Notes under the pieces: generated by a model
The model's input: the letters and a program-made list of their open reading frames with translations, nothing else
Database searches by the model: none
Told to the model about the DNA's origin: nothing
Program-made: the position numbers and the translations under genes
Part shown: piece by piece, positions 1-12,660 of the stretch
How the letters are laid out: each line of letters begins with the position of its first letter
How positions within the stretch are numbered: the first letter of the stretch is position 1
DNA from: Octopus vulgaris
Lineage: Eukaryota
DNA length: 64,000 nucleotides
Assembly: GCA_951406725.2 (NCBI GenBank)
Contig: OX597816.1
Coordinates: 55,552,001-55,616,000 of the forward strand
Reading direction: 5' to 3'

Positions 1-3000
1 TGGCTGTACGATATTTCGACAGCAAACCTGTCTTTCTCTCGTTCAAAATAAAGAGTGATAAAAATTCAGAATTATAGAAATTCAAATCTAAAGTATGGAC
101 GAGAGCAAACATCCTCCGCACTTTGATGGAATGACATCGCCAGTCTTTAAATCCCAATAACATAACTGGCGAAAAGAAAATACAGAAAAAAGAGGAAAAA
201 AAAGCGGAAAGAAAAAAGGAAAGGAAAAATGAGAATATTTAATCAAACAGTTTCATGTAAATGTGATGTAATTATGTCCTTTTATTCTTTGCACCTGGGC
301 GTGATGTTAATAATCCGCAAATATATTTCTCCTCGTGCATTTTGAGTATTGAAATTATAGCAGATTCAGAATATATTTTAATAATATGCACGTTCAAATT
401 TTTTAATCAAAATTGCAAATGTTTGTCAAGTTATGTCGGACTTCTGTCATATGTCTACACATTAAATCTTTTGTTTAATTGCTCTGTTGTACAACCAACA
501 TAAATCAAGTAATGTGTCATACATTTTGCCGCGAACAACAAATGGGAATCTCTACAAGTCCCACCGTCTGTGGAAATCATGACGTTTCCTTTATGATTTG
601 TTGATAGAATTCATTTGTCTCGTGTTGTTGCACAGTGAACAGGGCTTACCTCTTTTGCGGCTGCTTTCCAAGCGCACAGATATTCCAATGTTAGTTTTCT
701 TGGAGTCAGAAATAGAGGTCAATAGTTGTCATATTTTTATTCCGTCTAAAGGCTACGATAGACAGCTGACGAAATATCTGTTTGAAACGAGGCTGTTTCC
801 GCAAAACGCTGGTAACTTTCATGCAGATCCTTTGAAATGCCAGCGAAATTTCTGTCACATATTCTATAGTGTTCGCTAAAATTATGCGCGAAGGTTTGAC
901 TTACTTTGGTAGTCTTAGTTATGTAATTTGCTATTTCTTCTAATCGTGATTCACTGTAACTGCGTTTGGTGTACAAAAGCATTTGCATGTTTCCAGTAAT
1001 CCCCTATGTCAGTACAAATCCGCTTTATCTTAAAAAATTAGGATTTCGGATATGACCAAATTATATGATGTGGATGATCGGAGCGGCTGTGGATGTAAAT
1101 GTGGGATAACATGGGCTTGTAATATAGCTCTGTCACAATTCTGTCTCAAGAAAACTTAACTTTTGTGTCCAAAACTTCAACGCTAATTTTTGTAAAACTA
1201 AACGTAAATTTTATGTTGGACACAAATCCATAGTTTTTAGCATAATGGTCGCAGAAATTCAAGAAGTCAATTAAGCTATTCTATGATCCTTTCAAGACAA
1301 AAATGACATCATCAGTGAACCGTAACCAGAGTATAGATTTATGATCATGTAGGAATTTGAATGTTGTCAGTAACTATGTCTCGAATTTCGTCATGTAGAC
1401 ACTAGCGAAATTAACTGCCATGGTGATACATTTTTGTCCAAACTTCATTGTGTTACTTTGTAACACAAAACTCAATTACCTACAGAGAAAATTCGATGGA
1501 ATACTTTTGTTTGACCGTTTCTTGAAGGTATTCTTGTATGTTTCTACCCCTTCGTCGTGGTCAATATTAGGATATAAGAAACATCCATGGTTACCAAAAA
1601 GCAATTTTCGACATGGTTTTGGTGCTTAAAAAAGTTGATGATTTTATACTAAAAATCAAAAGTAACCCGAATATAGGAACTTGATCTTTTTTTGCGACAG
1701 GGAGTACAAAGCCATACAGCTATTCCGAAACCTTGGCTGTTCAAAATTTATATCCGCTTCAAATTGGACGCATTGGAGGAAATCTTTCGAAACTTTTGTG
1801 TATTTTAGGGAGATCATAAAATACAGGTGTTTTTCTTTCTTACCGTAAAATCCTGCATTCGGCTTTATTAATGAAATTGTTTACTTCCATTTCCAAAATT
1901 ATTTTGTCGAGTTCCTCTCTGTAAAGGAGTTTCGGATTGACAGGATATTCTTCATATGAATTTTTGTCACTTAAAACTTCTTCACTTTTGTCCATAATTA
2001 CGACAGCGCTTCACTTACGCGCTATTTTAATAAAAATGGAATTGTTATTAGATAAACGTCGGAGTGCGTAACGTTGGGAATTCTTAAGGTTATTCCAAGA
2101 CTTCTTTCCATTTGTTTGAAGGCTTTCCCTAATGCCTGTCTGACAAGATTCAAGAAATTCCAGTAGTGCTTCTGAACTTTATCTGAATACCAATTGAGAT
2201 TCTTTTCAATCCAATTATGTCAGATTCGATCATCTTCATTTGTATTGTCAGTAAGCATGGAGTTTCTGACTCCTCGTTACCATTTTTTTCAAGACAAATT
2301 TTCAGCTTGTGACGGCGGACAAACTGAAATAGCCCTTGTGCTAGTTTATTCTTATCAAAATTCTTAGTTCTTGGAAAGAGACTCAGTCCAATCTCCAAGT
2401 CAGAGACATCGTCGGGTGAAGTTTTTAGTTTAGGTAAATTTATGACCGACTTATTCTCTAGTGTGAGGGATTTTCTTGGGCAAGTGGTTTTCATAGTCTT
2501 ACTCTCATTAGATTCCTAACTATTTGGGGTAGGGGCTTTGCTCGAATTTTAAATTTACAACACGGAACCTATTGGGTGATAAAATTTCTTCTAAATGTTC
2601 ATGTGAGAAGTCATAATTTTTAGCTGTCTTTCTAGGAGTAATCCTTTTCTGGGTGGGTGATATAAAGAGAGTGACTTCCGTAGTTTTTGTAAGCATTTGT
2701 AAAACATTTACTTTTGGGAACAAATTAATTGTTTTCGAGGCAAAATATCAAATGTGCTCGCATTTTTGACTGATCAAATATAAACCTCTCCTGAGCGTTT
2801 CCAATGAGCTGTTCAAATGCATAAGCCAGGGCAAAAAGGCCAAAATTATAAGCGCCAACTTGGGGATTAATAATATGAACTTTTTCAACTGTAGGAATTA
2901 TGTTTGTTTCTGGTGAGAACAGCATTGTTATTTGTACTATTAGCTCCTGTGAAACTGCTAAGTTCAAACTGTCATAAACACAGACATCTCCGAAAAAATT

Positions 3001-3290
3001 GGTCGGCAAAACAAAATGAGTGTTCTTGGTGTGCTGAATGAACAGAATGCGGCGTGCACTGTATGTTAGAAATTCCGTGTGAGGAAAGTCGCTCGATTTT
3101 ATTGGAATTTCAGGAAAATTTTCCACAACGATTTTTAACCCGCCGTCAGTAAGTTTAACACATAACATTTGTCCCAAAATTAAAAATGATATCTCATATT
3201 TAAAGGCAAATGTTCTCAACCAAAATGTTCCTTTGCCCACTTGCTTAGAGGAATGGGAAATAACATTTTTCAGTTTCTTTTACTTTTTTT
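1..3290 (-). mobile_element. Decayed Penelope-like retroelement (Neptune-like): Ulp1/SENP-like protease, RT, Cys linker, GIY-YIG endonuclease and 3' hammerhead-like motif
   Basis: Minus-strand motifs in PLE order with frameshifts and stops: VINLPKL..LEIGLSLFP (~2380-2450), IFIKIARK*SAVVIMDK (~1990-2040, the KPADKG motif), TMAVNFASVYM (~1395-1425), WLRFTDDVIF (~1300-1328), TELYYKPM (~1110-1135), RGKPCSLC (~630-655), TCRDSHLLFAAKCMTHYLIYVGCTTEQLNKRFN (~460-560). HHR-like GACAG-GTTTG-CTGTC-GAAATATC at ~8-45. Confidence 0.88.
2725..3240 (-). pseudogene. Ulp1/SENP (peptidase C48)-like cysteine protease domain at the 5' end of the PLE ORF, catalytic Cys replaced
   Basis: ORF reads THFV...VCVYDSL...QVGAYNFGLFALAYA...FDQSKMRAHLIFCLE, matching the H-D-Q-C pattern (HWV / YDSL / QxGxxDCGLFAIA) of transposon-associated SUMO proteases. 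The Cys position reads Phe. Confidence 0.72.
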
Positions 3291-3458
3291 GTTTTCAGGG
3301 ATGAAATTCCCCACCCCCTTTTTTCTTACAAAGTTCAAACAATTACACAAATAGTTGAAACGATTTTTAGAAGAACATGCCCGTATATATACATAAACAC
3401 ACACACAGACACACACACACACACACACACACAATATGTATATATATATATTTACATA

Positions 3459-4350
3459 CAGACATAACAGAAGTAAATAGACACTCCATAAAACATCATT
3501 TTATGATTATTCTAACTTGTTGCAAAGCCTCTGACATAGCAGTACAAATTGATATCTGTCCCAGAATATCTGTCATGTATCTTCATAAACTTAGTTGGTA
3601 TAGCAGAGCAGCAAAAAGCCTAAATGAAGCGGGGAAAAGTTTGGGCCAACGAGATGTTGGAGAGGCCACTAGCATCTCCTGTGAGTCAAGATTTTCTGTA
3701 TTTCTTGACAGTGGTCCAGTGTGGGTCTGGAGACTCTGTGATCAAGAATTTGATCACAGAGGGTGCAGCCAACAATGAATCGCAGCAACTATTCTGTGAT
3801 GGTAAAGGGGGCAGTTTTGAGTAATGGTCGATCAGAACTGGTGTAGCGTGAGGAAAACATAGATACATATGTGTCCATATTGCAAAAATGACTCCATTCA
3901 ATCTTCTCATGTGGTGAAATGATTAAAGAAGACACTTTATTTATAGAAGATAGGTCTCCTTATCACACGGCTAAAATGACCCAAGATTTGTTGGATGAGA
4001 ATGGCATTAGAAGGCTTCAATGACCAAGCCAGTGACCAGATATGAACCCTATTGAACACTTCTGGGACATAATGGTCAGGACAATTCATAAAAACAACAA
4101 GAAAGCTTCTTCAAAGCCGAATCTTTTGAGATTACTGCATGAAACTTGTTAGGAAATTCCGCAAGAGAATATTCGTCACCCGATCAGAAAATTGCCTAAC
4201 AAAGTCTTTGCATTGAAAAATGCACAGGGCATGTCTACCAAAGATTAGATATGCACATTATAACAATTAATAAATAATTTGAATGTCTAATTTCAGATTT
4301 AAATAAATTTTAATGATTATAAAGGTATATGTTTACTTCTGTCTTATTAG
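3459..4350 (+). mobile_element. Tc1-family DNA transposon remnant, internally deleted and decayed
   Basis: Catalytic-domain motifs ESRFSVFLDSGPVWVWRL, EDRSPYHTAK, *PSQ*PDMNPIEHFW (WPSQSPDLNPIE). Partial terminal inverted repeat ACAGAAGTAAA (3467) / TTTACTTCTGT (4332). Left end follows TA. Confidence 0.85.
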
Positions 4351-4360
4351 TGGGTGTGTA

Positions 4361-4420
<60 letters not shown>

Positions 4421-4708
4421 TGTTTGTTTGTTTTATGTTCAGTTATAAGAAAAGCAATTTTACATTAATCTAATCGATTACTCTATACTTTTGTAGAGTA
4501 CAAATTTATTATTCTGAAACAAGATTATTATCAACACTGACAATAGCATTATCCGAAATTTCCCCAATCAAAGCGTCTCCGACACACCCTTCCATAAGAA
4601 AAAAAAAACACTTTAAAATCTAATTAGCACTCCATTCAAACCAAAACATCCAAGGAAGATTGAAACTCAACTGAGACTTTATGAAGCCAAGATTAACTTT
4701 TATGCATC

Positions 4709-4753
4709 GCAGTCCGACGAAAGCTTAACTAGTCGAAACTTCGAAGTCAGTGT
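4709..4753 (+). ncRNA. Degenerate minimal type I hammerhead ribozyme motif (PLE type)
   Basis: gcagt-CCGACGA-aagcttaactagtc-GAA-ACTTCGAAGT-C-agtgt: palindromic stem III, GUC cleavage triplet, imperfect stems I and II, U4C core change. Confidence 0.5.
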
Positions 4754-4796
4754 CAATAATATTCTGGGTTACGAAATATAAATATACAAACATATG

Positions 4797-4861
<65 letters not shown>

Positions 4862-4866
<5 letters not shown>

Positions 4867-5103
4867 TAAAAACGGTAAGATAACAAAAGAAAGAAAGAGA
4901 CCTCAATATTATGTAAATAGAGGAAATTATTTGTAAATTAATATGTAACAATTATTCAATCCACAACATCATCTCTTCGGTTATCTGGCCATATGGTGTT
5001 GTGGATCTCCACTTCGGCATCCGATACTCATAGTTTTATCTTGGCTATTGAATAATTGTCACATATTAATTGACAGATAATTTCCTCTATTTACATTTAT
5101 ATT

Positions 5104-5105
<2 letters not shown>
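4862..5105. mobile_element. Short fold-back PLE-end-like element between (TA)n tracts, same family as 42588-42820
   Basis: ~56-bp inverted arms (4905-4960 / 5047-5103). The loop holds HHR remnants (CCGAAGA on minus; CATCCGATACTC on plus). The left flank matches 42766-42820 in reverse complement. Confidence 0.65.
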
Positions 5106-5142
<37 letters not shown>

Positions 5143-5144
5143 AA

Positions 5145-5204
<60 letters not shown>

Positions 5205-5581
5205 TTTCATCTACTCTACGTGAAGGAAAAAGAGACGTATACTGAAGAAACTCTTCCTGCGAAAGCAAATCAATTAAATATATAATATACATATACATTA
5301 TATATATGAGTGTGTGTGTGTACCAGATATAACACGGAGTTTTTTAGTGACCAGGTGACGATCTTAAAGCGACGAAAACATTCTGCCTAGTTCAATTTAA
5401 ATGTTGAAGTGAATCTCTGTTTGTGTGTTTTTATACGGCTTATAAATACCTTCTATGCTGCAATTGTTTTTGCTTCAGCACACGATCTCAGATCAGGTCA
5501 CTTGCTATGGAAGTACATCTCCGTAATATAGAAACATACATACACACAAACACACACACACACACACACACACAAATGTAT

Positions 5582-5796
5582 ATGATATTTTTATATAAGC
5601 TTAAATATTATAGCGATTACCGTGCAATGACTAAGGAAAATAGTCTAATAAAGGGGGCATATAAGCCCTCGACGGAGAAAAAGTCTTTCCTATCCTTTTC
5701 TTTCTGTCCAGGGCTTATATACCCCTATATTAGACTATTTTCCTTAGGCATTGTACGGTGATTGCTATAAGCTTTAAGCTTATATAAAAATACCAT
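5582..5796. repeat. Long imperfect palindrome (~100-bp arms, ~12-nt loop)
   Basis: atgatatttttatataagcttaaa...aaggaaaatagtctaata...taagccctcgac is mirrored by gtccagggcttata...tattagactattttcctt...tttaagcttatataaaaataccat. Confidence 0.9.
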
Positions 5797-5855
5797 TATT
5801 ATTATTTGCAGGATTGTAAACACGGCACTGTATAAAAAAACCCATTTGCATCGAA

Positions 5856-5888
<33 letters not shown>

Positions 5889-6689
5889 TGTATGTATGTA
5901 TGTATGTATGTATGTATGTATGCATGTATGCATTTGTGCTTGCGTGTGTAGAAGTGTAATATTTATATTAATCTCCATAACTCAGAATGCAAACTACCTC
6001 ATGACATACCGACCTTTCTGGCTTGCATATCCACCTATTTCCTTAAATAACTCTTTGATATCTACCTCCCAGACTGTCTTTCTATATTTATCTATATACC
6101 TACCAATTTACCTACCTACATACCTGCCTACTTACTTATCTCTCCGCCAATTTTAATCCAGCTTCTTAGCTACCCATCATTTTGTCCTCCTACTAGTCTA
6201 CATTGGTTGTGATCTAAATCTTCAGAAAGTCACTTAATAAGAGCCATTGAAATCATTTGCGGTACTATCAGTGCACTAAAAAAAAAATGACAAAGGATAT
6301 ATTTGTGTGTCTGTGCGTCTGCGCATGTGAGTGTGTGTGTGCGTGCGTATGTTTGTGTGTGTTATAACCTTGCTATCTGGAGCTCGTAAAGAGATATCCT
6401 AAGCATTAATCTATACTATAATTATATAACACTGTTCAGTTTGCCTTTCTGCCACACAGTAGAGCGGGAATTTGCCTTTGTTTTCTTTTTGTTTGGTTGC
6501 GTTTGTTTATTTGTTTCGTCTGTTTGTTTGTTTTTTTTCTGGTTGTTATTTTTGTCTTTTAAAGAGGAAACACATTTATGTCCAGTGCAGTTGAATTAAT
6601 TGTTTATTGAATTAATTGTTTATTGAACGATGAGGAATTTTTACATGAAAGGGAGAGGAAAAGTGTTAACGAGAGCATGAGGTAAAAAT

Positions 6690-6819
6690 TCGAGGTGGAG
6701 ATAGACAGAGAGAGAGTTAAGTCATGGATACTGAAACAGAGAGAGGGAGAGAGAGTGAGAGTAGAAGAGAAGAACAAAGAGAGAAAGAGAGCTAGAGATG
6801 CACACAGTGAAACGGAGAG

Positions 6820-6880
<61 letters not shown>

Positions 6881-7140
6881 GACAAAGAAAGAAACAGCAT
6901 GAGAAAGAGACCGAAATGAGAAAGAGAGAGGGAGACAGTCAGATAGACAGAAGCAGACAGGCGGACAGGAAGAGAGAGAGAGAGAGAGAGAGAGAAGCAG
7001 AGAGAGACAAAGAAAGGATGAAAGTATGAGAGAAACAGACAGAGGGACACACACGAACAGATGGACAGAGACGGAAAGAGAGAGAGAGAGTCAGGGAGGG
7101 AGAGAGATAGAGAGAGGGGAAGAAGACAGAAAAAAAGGAC
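6690..7140. repeat. GA-rich low-complexity tract including (GA)n
   Basis: Pure (GA)n at ~6824-6875 within purine-rich sequence. Confidence 0.9.
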
Positions 7141-7355
7141 GAAAAGATGCAAGAAAACCATTTCCTTAGTCATTATGCTGTATGACTGAAGTTAATGAGT
7201 GGGTGGTTTTGAAGAAAGAGTAAGTATACTACAAACACACACACAAACACACACACACACACACACAAATACAAACTACATAATATAGATATGTATGAAT
7301 GCATGTATACGCTTTTCTACGTGTGAGTGTATTTTTGTATATAGATATACACACA

Positions 7356-7408
<53 letters not shown>

Positions 7409-7418
7409 TATATTCATA

Positions 7419-7465
<47 letters not shown>

Positions 7466-7625
7466 TAGAGGGAAACCACTATGTGGACACCCTTATGCTA
7501 GAAATAGATCCGCTATGGTCTTAACACTAAGAAATGTTCTCAAGAAAAATTTACCAAATCAACCAAAACGTACTGGTGTGAAATCGATGTTAATCAAATT
7601 AATATCTAATTTCTCACCCTTATTT

Positions 7626-7661
<36 letters not shown>

Positions 7662-7989
7662 CACAAAGGCACTGCCGCGGACCCTTACATACGAGTTTCT
7701 ACCTCAAAATGCGTGTGTGGGTGCGTATGTGAATATGTGCATGTGTGTGCGTGCGTGCGTGCGTGCGTGCGTGTTTACTGCGAGAGGGGCATTTAAAATG
7801 TTCACCAGCTGTAGTTTGCCCTTGTTTTAAAATGTAATTGTTTTCTTCGTTCAGACGTAGATTAATGAACAAGAAACTTAATTGCTCTTCACGCACACAA
7901 ACACGCCCACACAAATACCCATACAGACACCCAGAGACACACCCCCGTAACGCACGATCATACATGCGCGCACGCGCGATTATGTATCT

Positions 7990-8161
7990 GCGTCCATACA
8001 TCTGAATATACATATATATATACACGCACATATATATATGTGTATATATATATATGTATATATATATACATATATATAAGTATATATATATATATATATA
8101 TATACACGCACATATATATATGTATATATATATATATATATATACATGTATATATATATAT

Positions 8162-8218
<57 letters not shown>

Positions 8219-8290
8219 TATATACATATAGGTGAATATATATATATATATATGTGTGTGTGTGCGTGCGTGTGTGTGTGTGTGTGTGTA
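7990..8290. repeat. Compound (TA)n/(TG)n microsatellite, representative of dozens in the window
   Basis: Direct inspection. Confidence 0.95.
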
Positions 8291-8294
8291 ATGT

Positions 8295-8522
8295 AAGGCG
8301 GCGAGCTGGCAGAAACGTTAGCGCACCGGGCGAAATGCTTAGCGGTATTTCGTCTGTCGTTACGTTCTGAGTTCAAATTCCGCCGAGGTCGATTTTGCTT
8401 TTCATTATTTCTGGGTCGATAAATAAAATACCAGCATCGCAATGGGGTTGATGTAATCGACTTAATCCCTTTGTTCTTGTTTGTCCTCTGTATGCTTAGC
8501 CCCTTGTGAGCAGCAAAGAAAT
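8295..8522 (+). mobile_element. tRNA-derived SINE, family A (Meta-like central domain)
   Basis: Head GGCGGCGAGCTGGCAGAAACGTTAGC, B-box GAGTTCAAATTCC, central GGTCGA(C)TTTGC(C)TTTCAT..GGTCGATAAA. Homologous copies at 34264, 50206 and 53892. Confidence 0.85.
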
Positions 8523-8645
8523 ATATATATATGTGTGTGTATATATATATACATATATATACACACAGACATATTCATATATACACTTGTAATACGAATG
8601 CATGTTTTTGTGTGTATATATGTGTACATATATATGTGTGTGTGC

Positions 8646-8688
<43 letters not shown>

Positions 8689-8785
8689 TAGATTGATAGA
8701 TAGATAGATATATAGATAGATAGATACATAGATAGATAGATATACACACACAAGGAAAATTGACAGTGTATATCTCTATCCTTTC

Positions 8786-8845
<60 letters not shown>

Positions 8846-8847
8846 GC

Positions 8848-8889
<42 letters not shown>

Positions 8890-10574
8890 ATATATGTGTA
8901 CATATGTGTATATATATTCATATGTATATGTATGTATGGTATGTATGTGTGTGTATTCGTGAGTGTGTGTGAGAAAAGGAAACAAGATTCATAGAACATA
9001 GTGAATTGTGAATGATTATTGAAATAATTCCTATAATAATATTAAAGTTGGGAAGTAAGTTAAAATGTAGTAGAAATTGAACCGAATAATAAAATAGTAG
9101 AATAATGGAATGATAGAATAACAGATCGTGGGAGAAAACTTGGATAGTGGAGAAAGAAACAAAAAACGTTTAAGGAAGGAAAGGAAAACTAAATTAGGGA
9201 GGGGGAAAACTTACGGAAAGCACGAGAGAAAGTGAGAGGGTGAGTGAAGTTTGTAAACCAGTATAAGAGTAGAGAGGTGAGTATGTAGATGCTGTGTGTG
9301 GTTTACGTGTCGGGTTAATATATGTGGAGGTTTGAGTGGACATGTATACGGAATGCGATTCCGATAAACCACTGGAGCGAGCTAGCAACACGTAAACAGA
9401 TTTATGTTCATGTATTACATGTAAGGAATCACATCCTACTGGATATCCTTCCGTTCCTGGCAGGATTGCATCTGAGAAATATTAGCAAAGTAAAAAACAT
9501 TATTTTAAAAAGTAATTGTTTTTTTTTTTTCCAAAAGGCGAGCTGTACTTAACTATGGTGCCTGTCAACAAGATAAGAATGTGAGATAGTTAGAGAGAGT
9601 TTAAGGTGTCGAACAGTGAAGTACATGCTTGGCGGAGGCGTAGTGTGACTGCCTCGTTCGGTAGGCCAACTCGCAAACAATTCAACTAATTCCTATCACC
9701 GTATGTCTACATTATTCGTGTTTAAGGAGGTTTTAATGGCATTTAAAAAGAAAGACACGCTCAATATGTGAAACTAGGGAGAGAATTTTGAAGTGAAAGA
9801 CTTCCACAGAAATCTTACATTGAAATTTCTGCCAATACATTAAGGTAAGTGTATATGCATATACACAGACACACAACCATATATTCGCGCGCGCGCACCA
9901 CACACACGCACACACATACGCAAAAACGCACTCACGATTTATGTACCTGAGTATCAAGAAAGAATATGGGTTATTTATCGATAGCGGGATCGACTCCTGC
10001 TAGATTGTGTTTTTTTGTCTCCGTATAAAATCAGTATTTATAAAGACATAGTGAACACACATTTGATTACATTAGAAATAACAATTCCCAAATTATAATG
10101 TATATAGGGTACCACACACACACACACACACAATCGCGCGCGAGTACAGACGCTCACCCGTAAGGGAGAAAAAAAAAAGCAAAAGAACAAAACTTCATAT
10201 ATACATATATATAACTTTGGGCGTGCATGCATATGTGTGTGTATTATATATGTTTATAGATTGCGTATATGTATGGATAAGAGCAAAGATTTCAATCTGT
10301 TATTACTCAGAGTAGCAGGAATGCGAAACGAAATACTTTTCCTGTATTGAGCGCAGCCCTGCCTTGTTCGAGCTTGTTATGGATCAGGACATTATGGTCC
10401 CTGGATAGCGATGTACTGACTGAGGTAGAGACAGATGGACGTGGCCTGAGTTTTGGTTCGTTCTGGTTAAATCAGCCACATGAGCGGGGGGGGGTCTATT
10501 TAATATCGGAAACATTCAGTGACCCCCACGTATCATCACTAATGCTGTGTCTAGCTGCAACTTATGATGCATGA

Positions 10575-10575
<1 letters not shown>

Positions 10576-10628
<53 letters not shown>

Positions 10629-10697
10629 CCCTACCCACCTACCTATCTATCTATCTATCTATCTATATATCTATCTATCTGTCTATCTAGTTGTTTG

Positions 10698-10757
<60 letters not shown>

Positions 10758-10862
10758 GTTGTCTGTCTATCTATCTAGCTATCTACCTACCTACCAATCT
10801 ATCTATCTATCTATCTATCTTTCTATCTATCTATCTATCTATCTATCTGTCTGTCTGTCTGT
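10576..10862. repeat. (TATC)n tetranucleotide microsatellite
   Basis: Direct inspection. Similar tracts at ~23150-23280, 42447-42535 and 49296-49375. Confidence 0.95.
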
Positions 10863-11760
10863 CATTATACACAGACACATAAACACCTACCCAGATAAAT
10901 ACACATGCGCTACACATACGCACGCGTTATATTTATAGCAAGTTAAATAATTCAGGCAGACTTTAATAAAGGCGTAGAGTTGAATATATATTTCAAAAAG
11001 TTTAATCTAGATAATCTTTCACTAACTGTGAATGTGTGTGTGTATGTGTGAGCGTGTATGTAAGTGCTTTTATATCTTCGAGTGCGTAGGAGAACCACTT
11101 TTAATGTCTGCGTATGTATAAGTACAAGAAAGAAAATAAAATAAATGCGTCTTCATGCACATTTCTAAATATCTAAATAATAAATGCATTACATATTTAA
11201 AATTAGACAACGAAGACGATGCGAAGTGTTTCAGACAGAGTCAGGGGCCGCGGGATAAGATCTTATTAAACAGCGAAACACGACGGATGCTATGAGAGCA
11301 AAGCAACTTTTTTACTGTCATACGTCGTAAGAAGCAGCACACGTAGAATACATACCGAAGTTTGTTTTCGCCTACCTGTGCCAACCGCTACATTCTACAA
11401 GCGGTAAATATCAAAGATAAACCAGCACTGAAGGTAAAGATGAGGATATATAGATGTAAAAGAAAAAAAGAAAAAAGAAAAAGGAAGAATTTCAATATAT
11501 CTAAGCGACTTCACTACTGTACTGTACTTAGTCGCTATAAAAGCTTTTTACCACACACACAGACACACAGACACACACATATGTATGTATGCACTGATAC
11601 ATATGTATACGCTTATACATAGATATATACGCATATATACTGTATATGTATATGTTTAAATGTATATAGATATTCACATTTACATATGTGTGTGTGTTTG
11701 TGTGTGACTGTATGTGTGTCTGCATGTATCCGAATTCACACAGACAGACACACACACATA

Positions 11761-11845
<85 letters not shown>

Positions 11846-12322
11846 GTATTATGTGCGTGTGTGTGTATATATATATGTATATATGTATGTATCCCTGTGC
11901 GTATGAATGTATGTGTGTATGCACACATGCTGTGCACGTTGACGGGTTCTATGCATTTCTAAGGGAATTTTCATGAAAATAGTGAAAGTTGTTTCCAGCT
12001 GCTCCCTTTCTCTTATTTTAGTATATTTTTCAAAGACAAACATTGCGGCTCCGTCACAGAACGATTCCAGTCCACCAGCCTGGAAACACGGGATACAGAG
12101 AGCAATAAAACACAGCGCAAAACCATTTTGTCATCGTTTTAATAATTCCGCGAAAGCCCCAACTTTTGGCTGATACTTCATTTATCGACCGGGGTTGAAC
12201 GAGTGAAGGATTTACTATAAAAAGATTTGAACTTACAACGTCCAAGCATTTTATCGTATGTTCTAATCACACTCCGACATCACTGCTTGAACGTTTGTGT
12301 ATGTGTGTGTGTGTATGTGTGT

Positions 12323-12392
<70 letters not shown>

Positions 12393-12454
12393 ACTTACGT
12401 GGATATGTATGTCTACTTCAAAGAAAAAGAAAGAGCGAAATGTGTTTCCCCACC

Positions 12455-12660
12455 CCCATAGGCGCATGAGGCAGGTTTCCAGGATTCTGTTGTGTCTATA
12501 TTGCCCCCACCCCTACCGGGACGAGCCGTCGGTCCTTCGCAAGATTCTTCATGTTGGCCTGCTGGGTGAACATGAGCAGCGGGAAATTGTTTTGATGAAG
12601 AACAGAACGCATTGGTCGGTCAAGGATGGAAACTAGATCGTTATGCAACACCCTCACCAC
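12455..12660 (-). mobile_element. Degenerate SINE, family C-like
   Basis: Reverse complement resembles the body and tail of the SINE at 17608 (GGAAACCTG..C.ATG.GCC). Confidence 0.45.

Noticed and set aside
7699-8999. Numerous [18 protein letters not shown] and LSIY ORFs here and throughout the window
   Set aside because: Translations of di- and tetranucleotide microsatellites.
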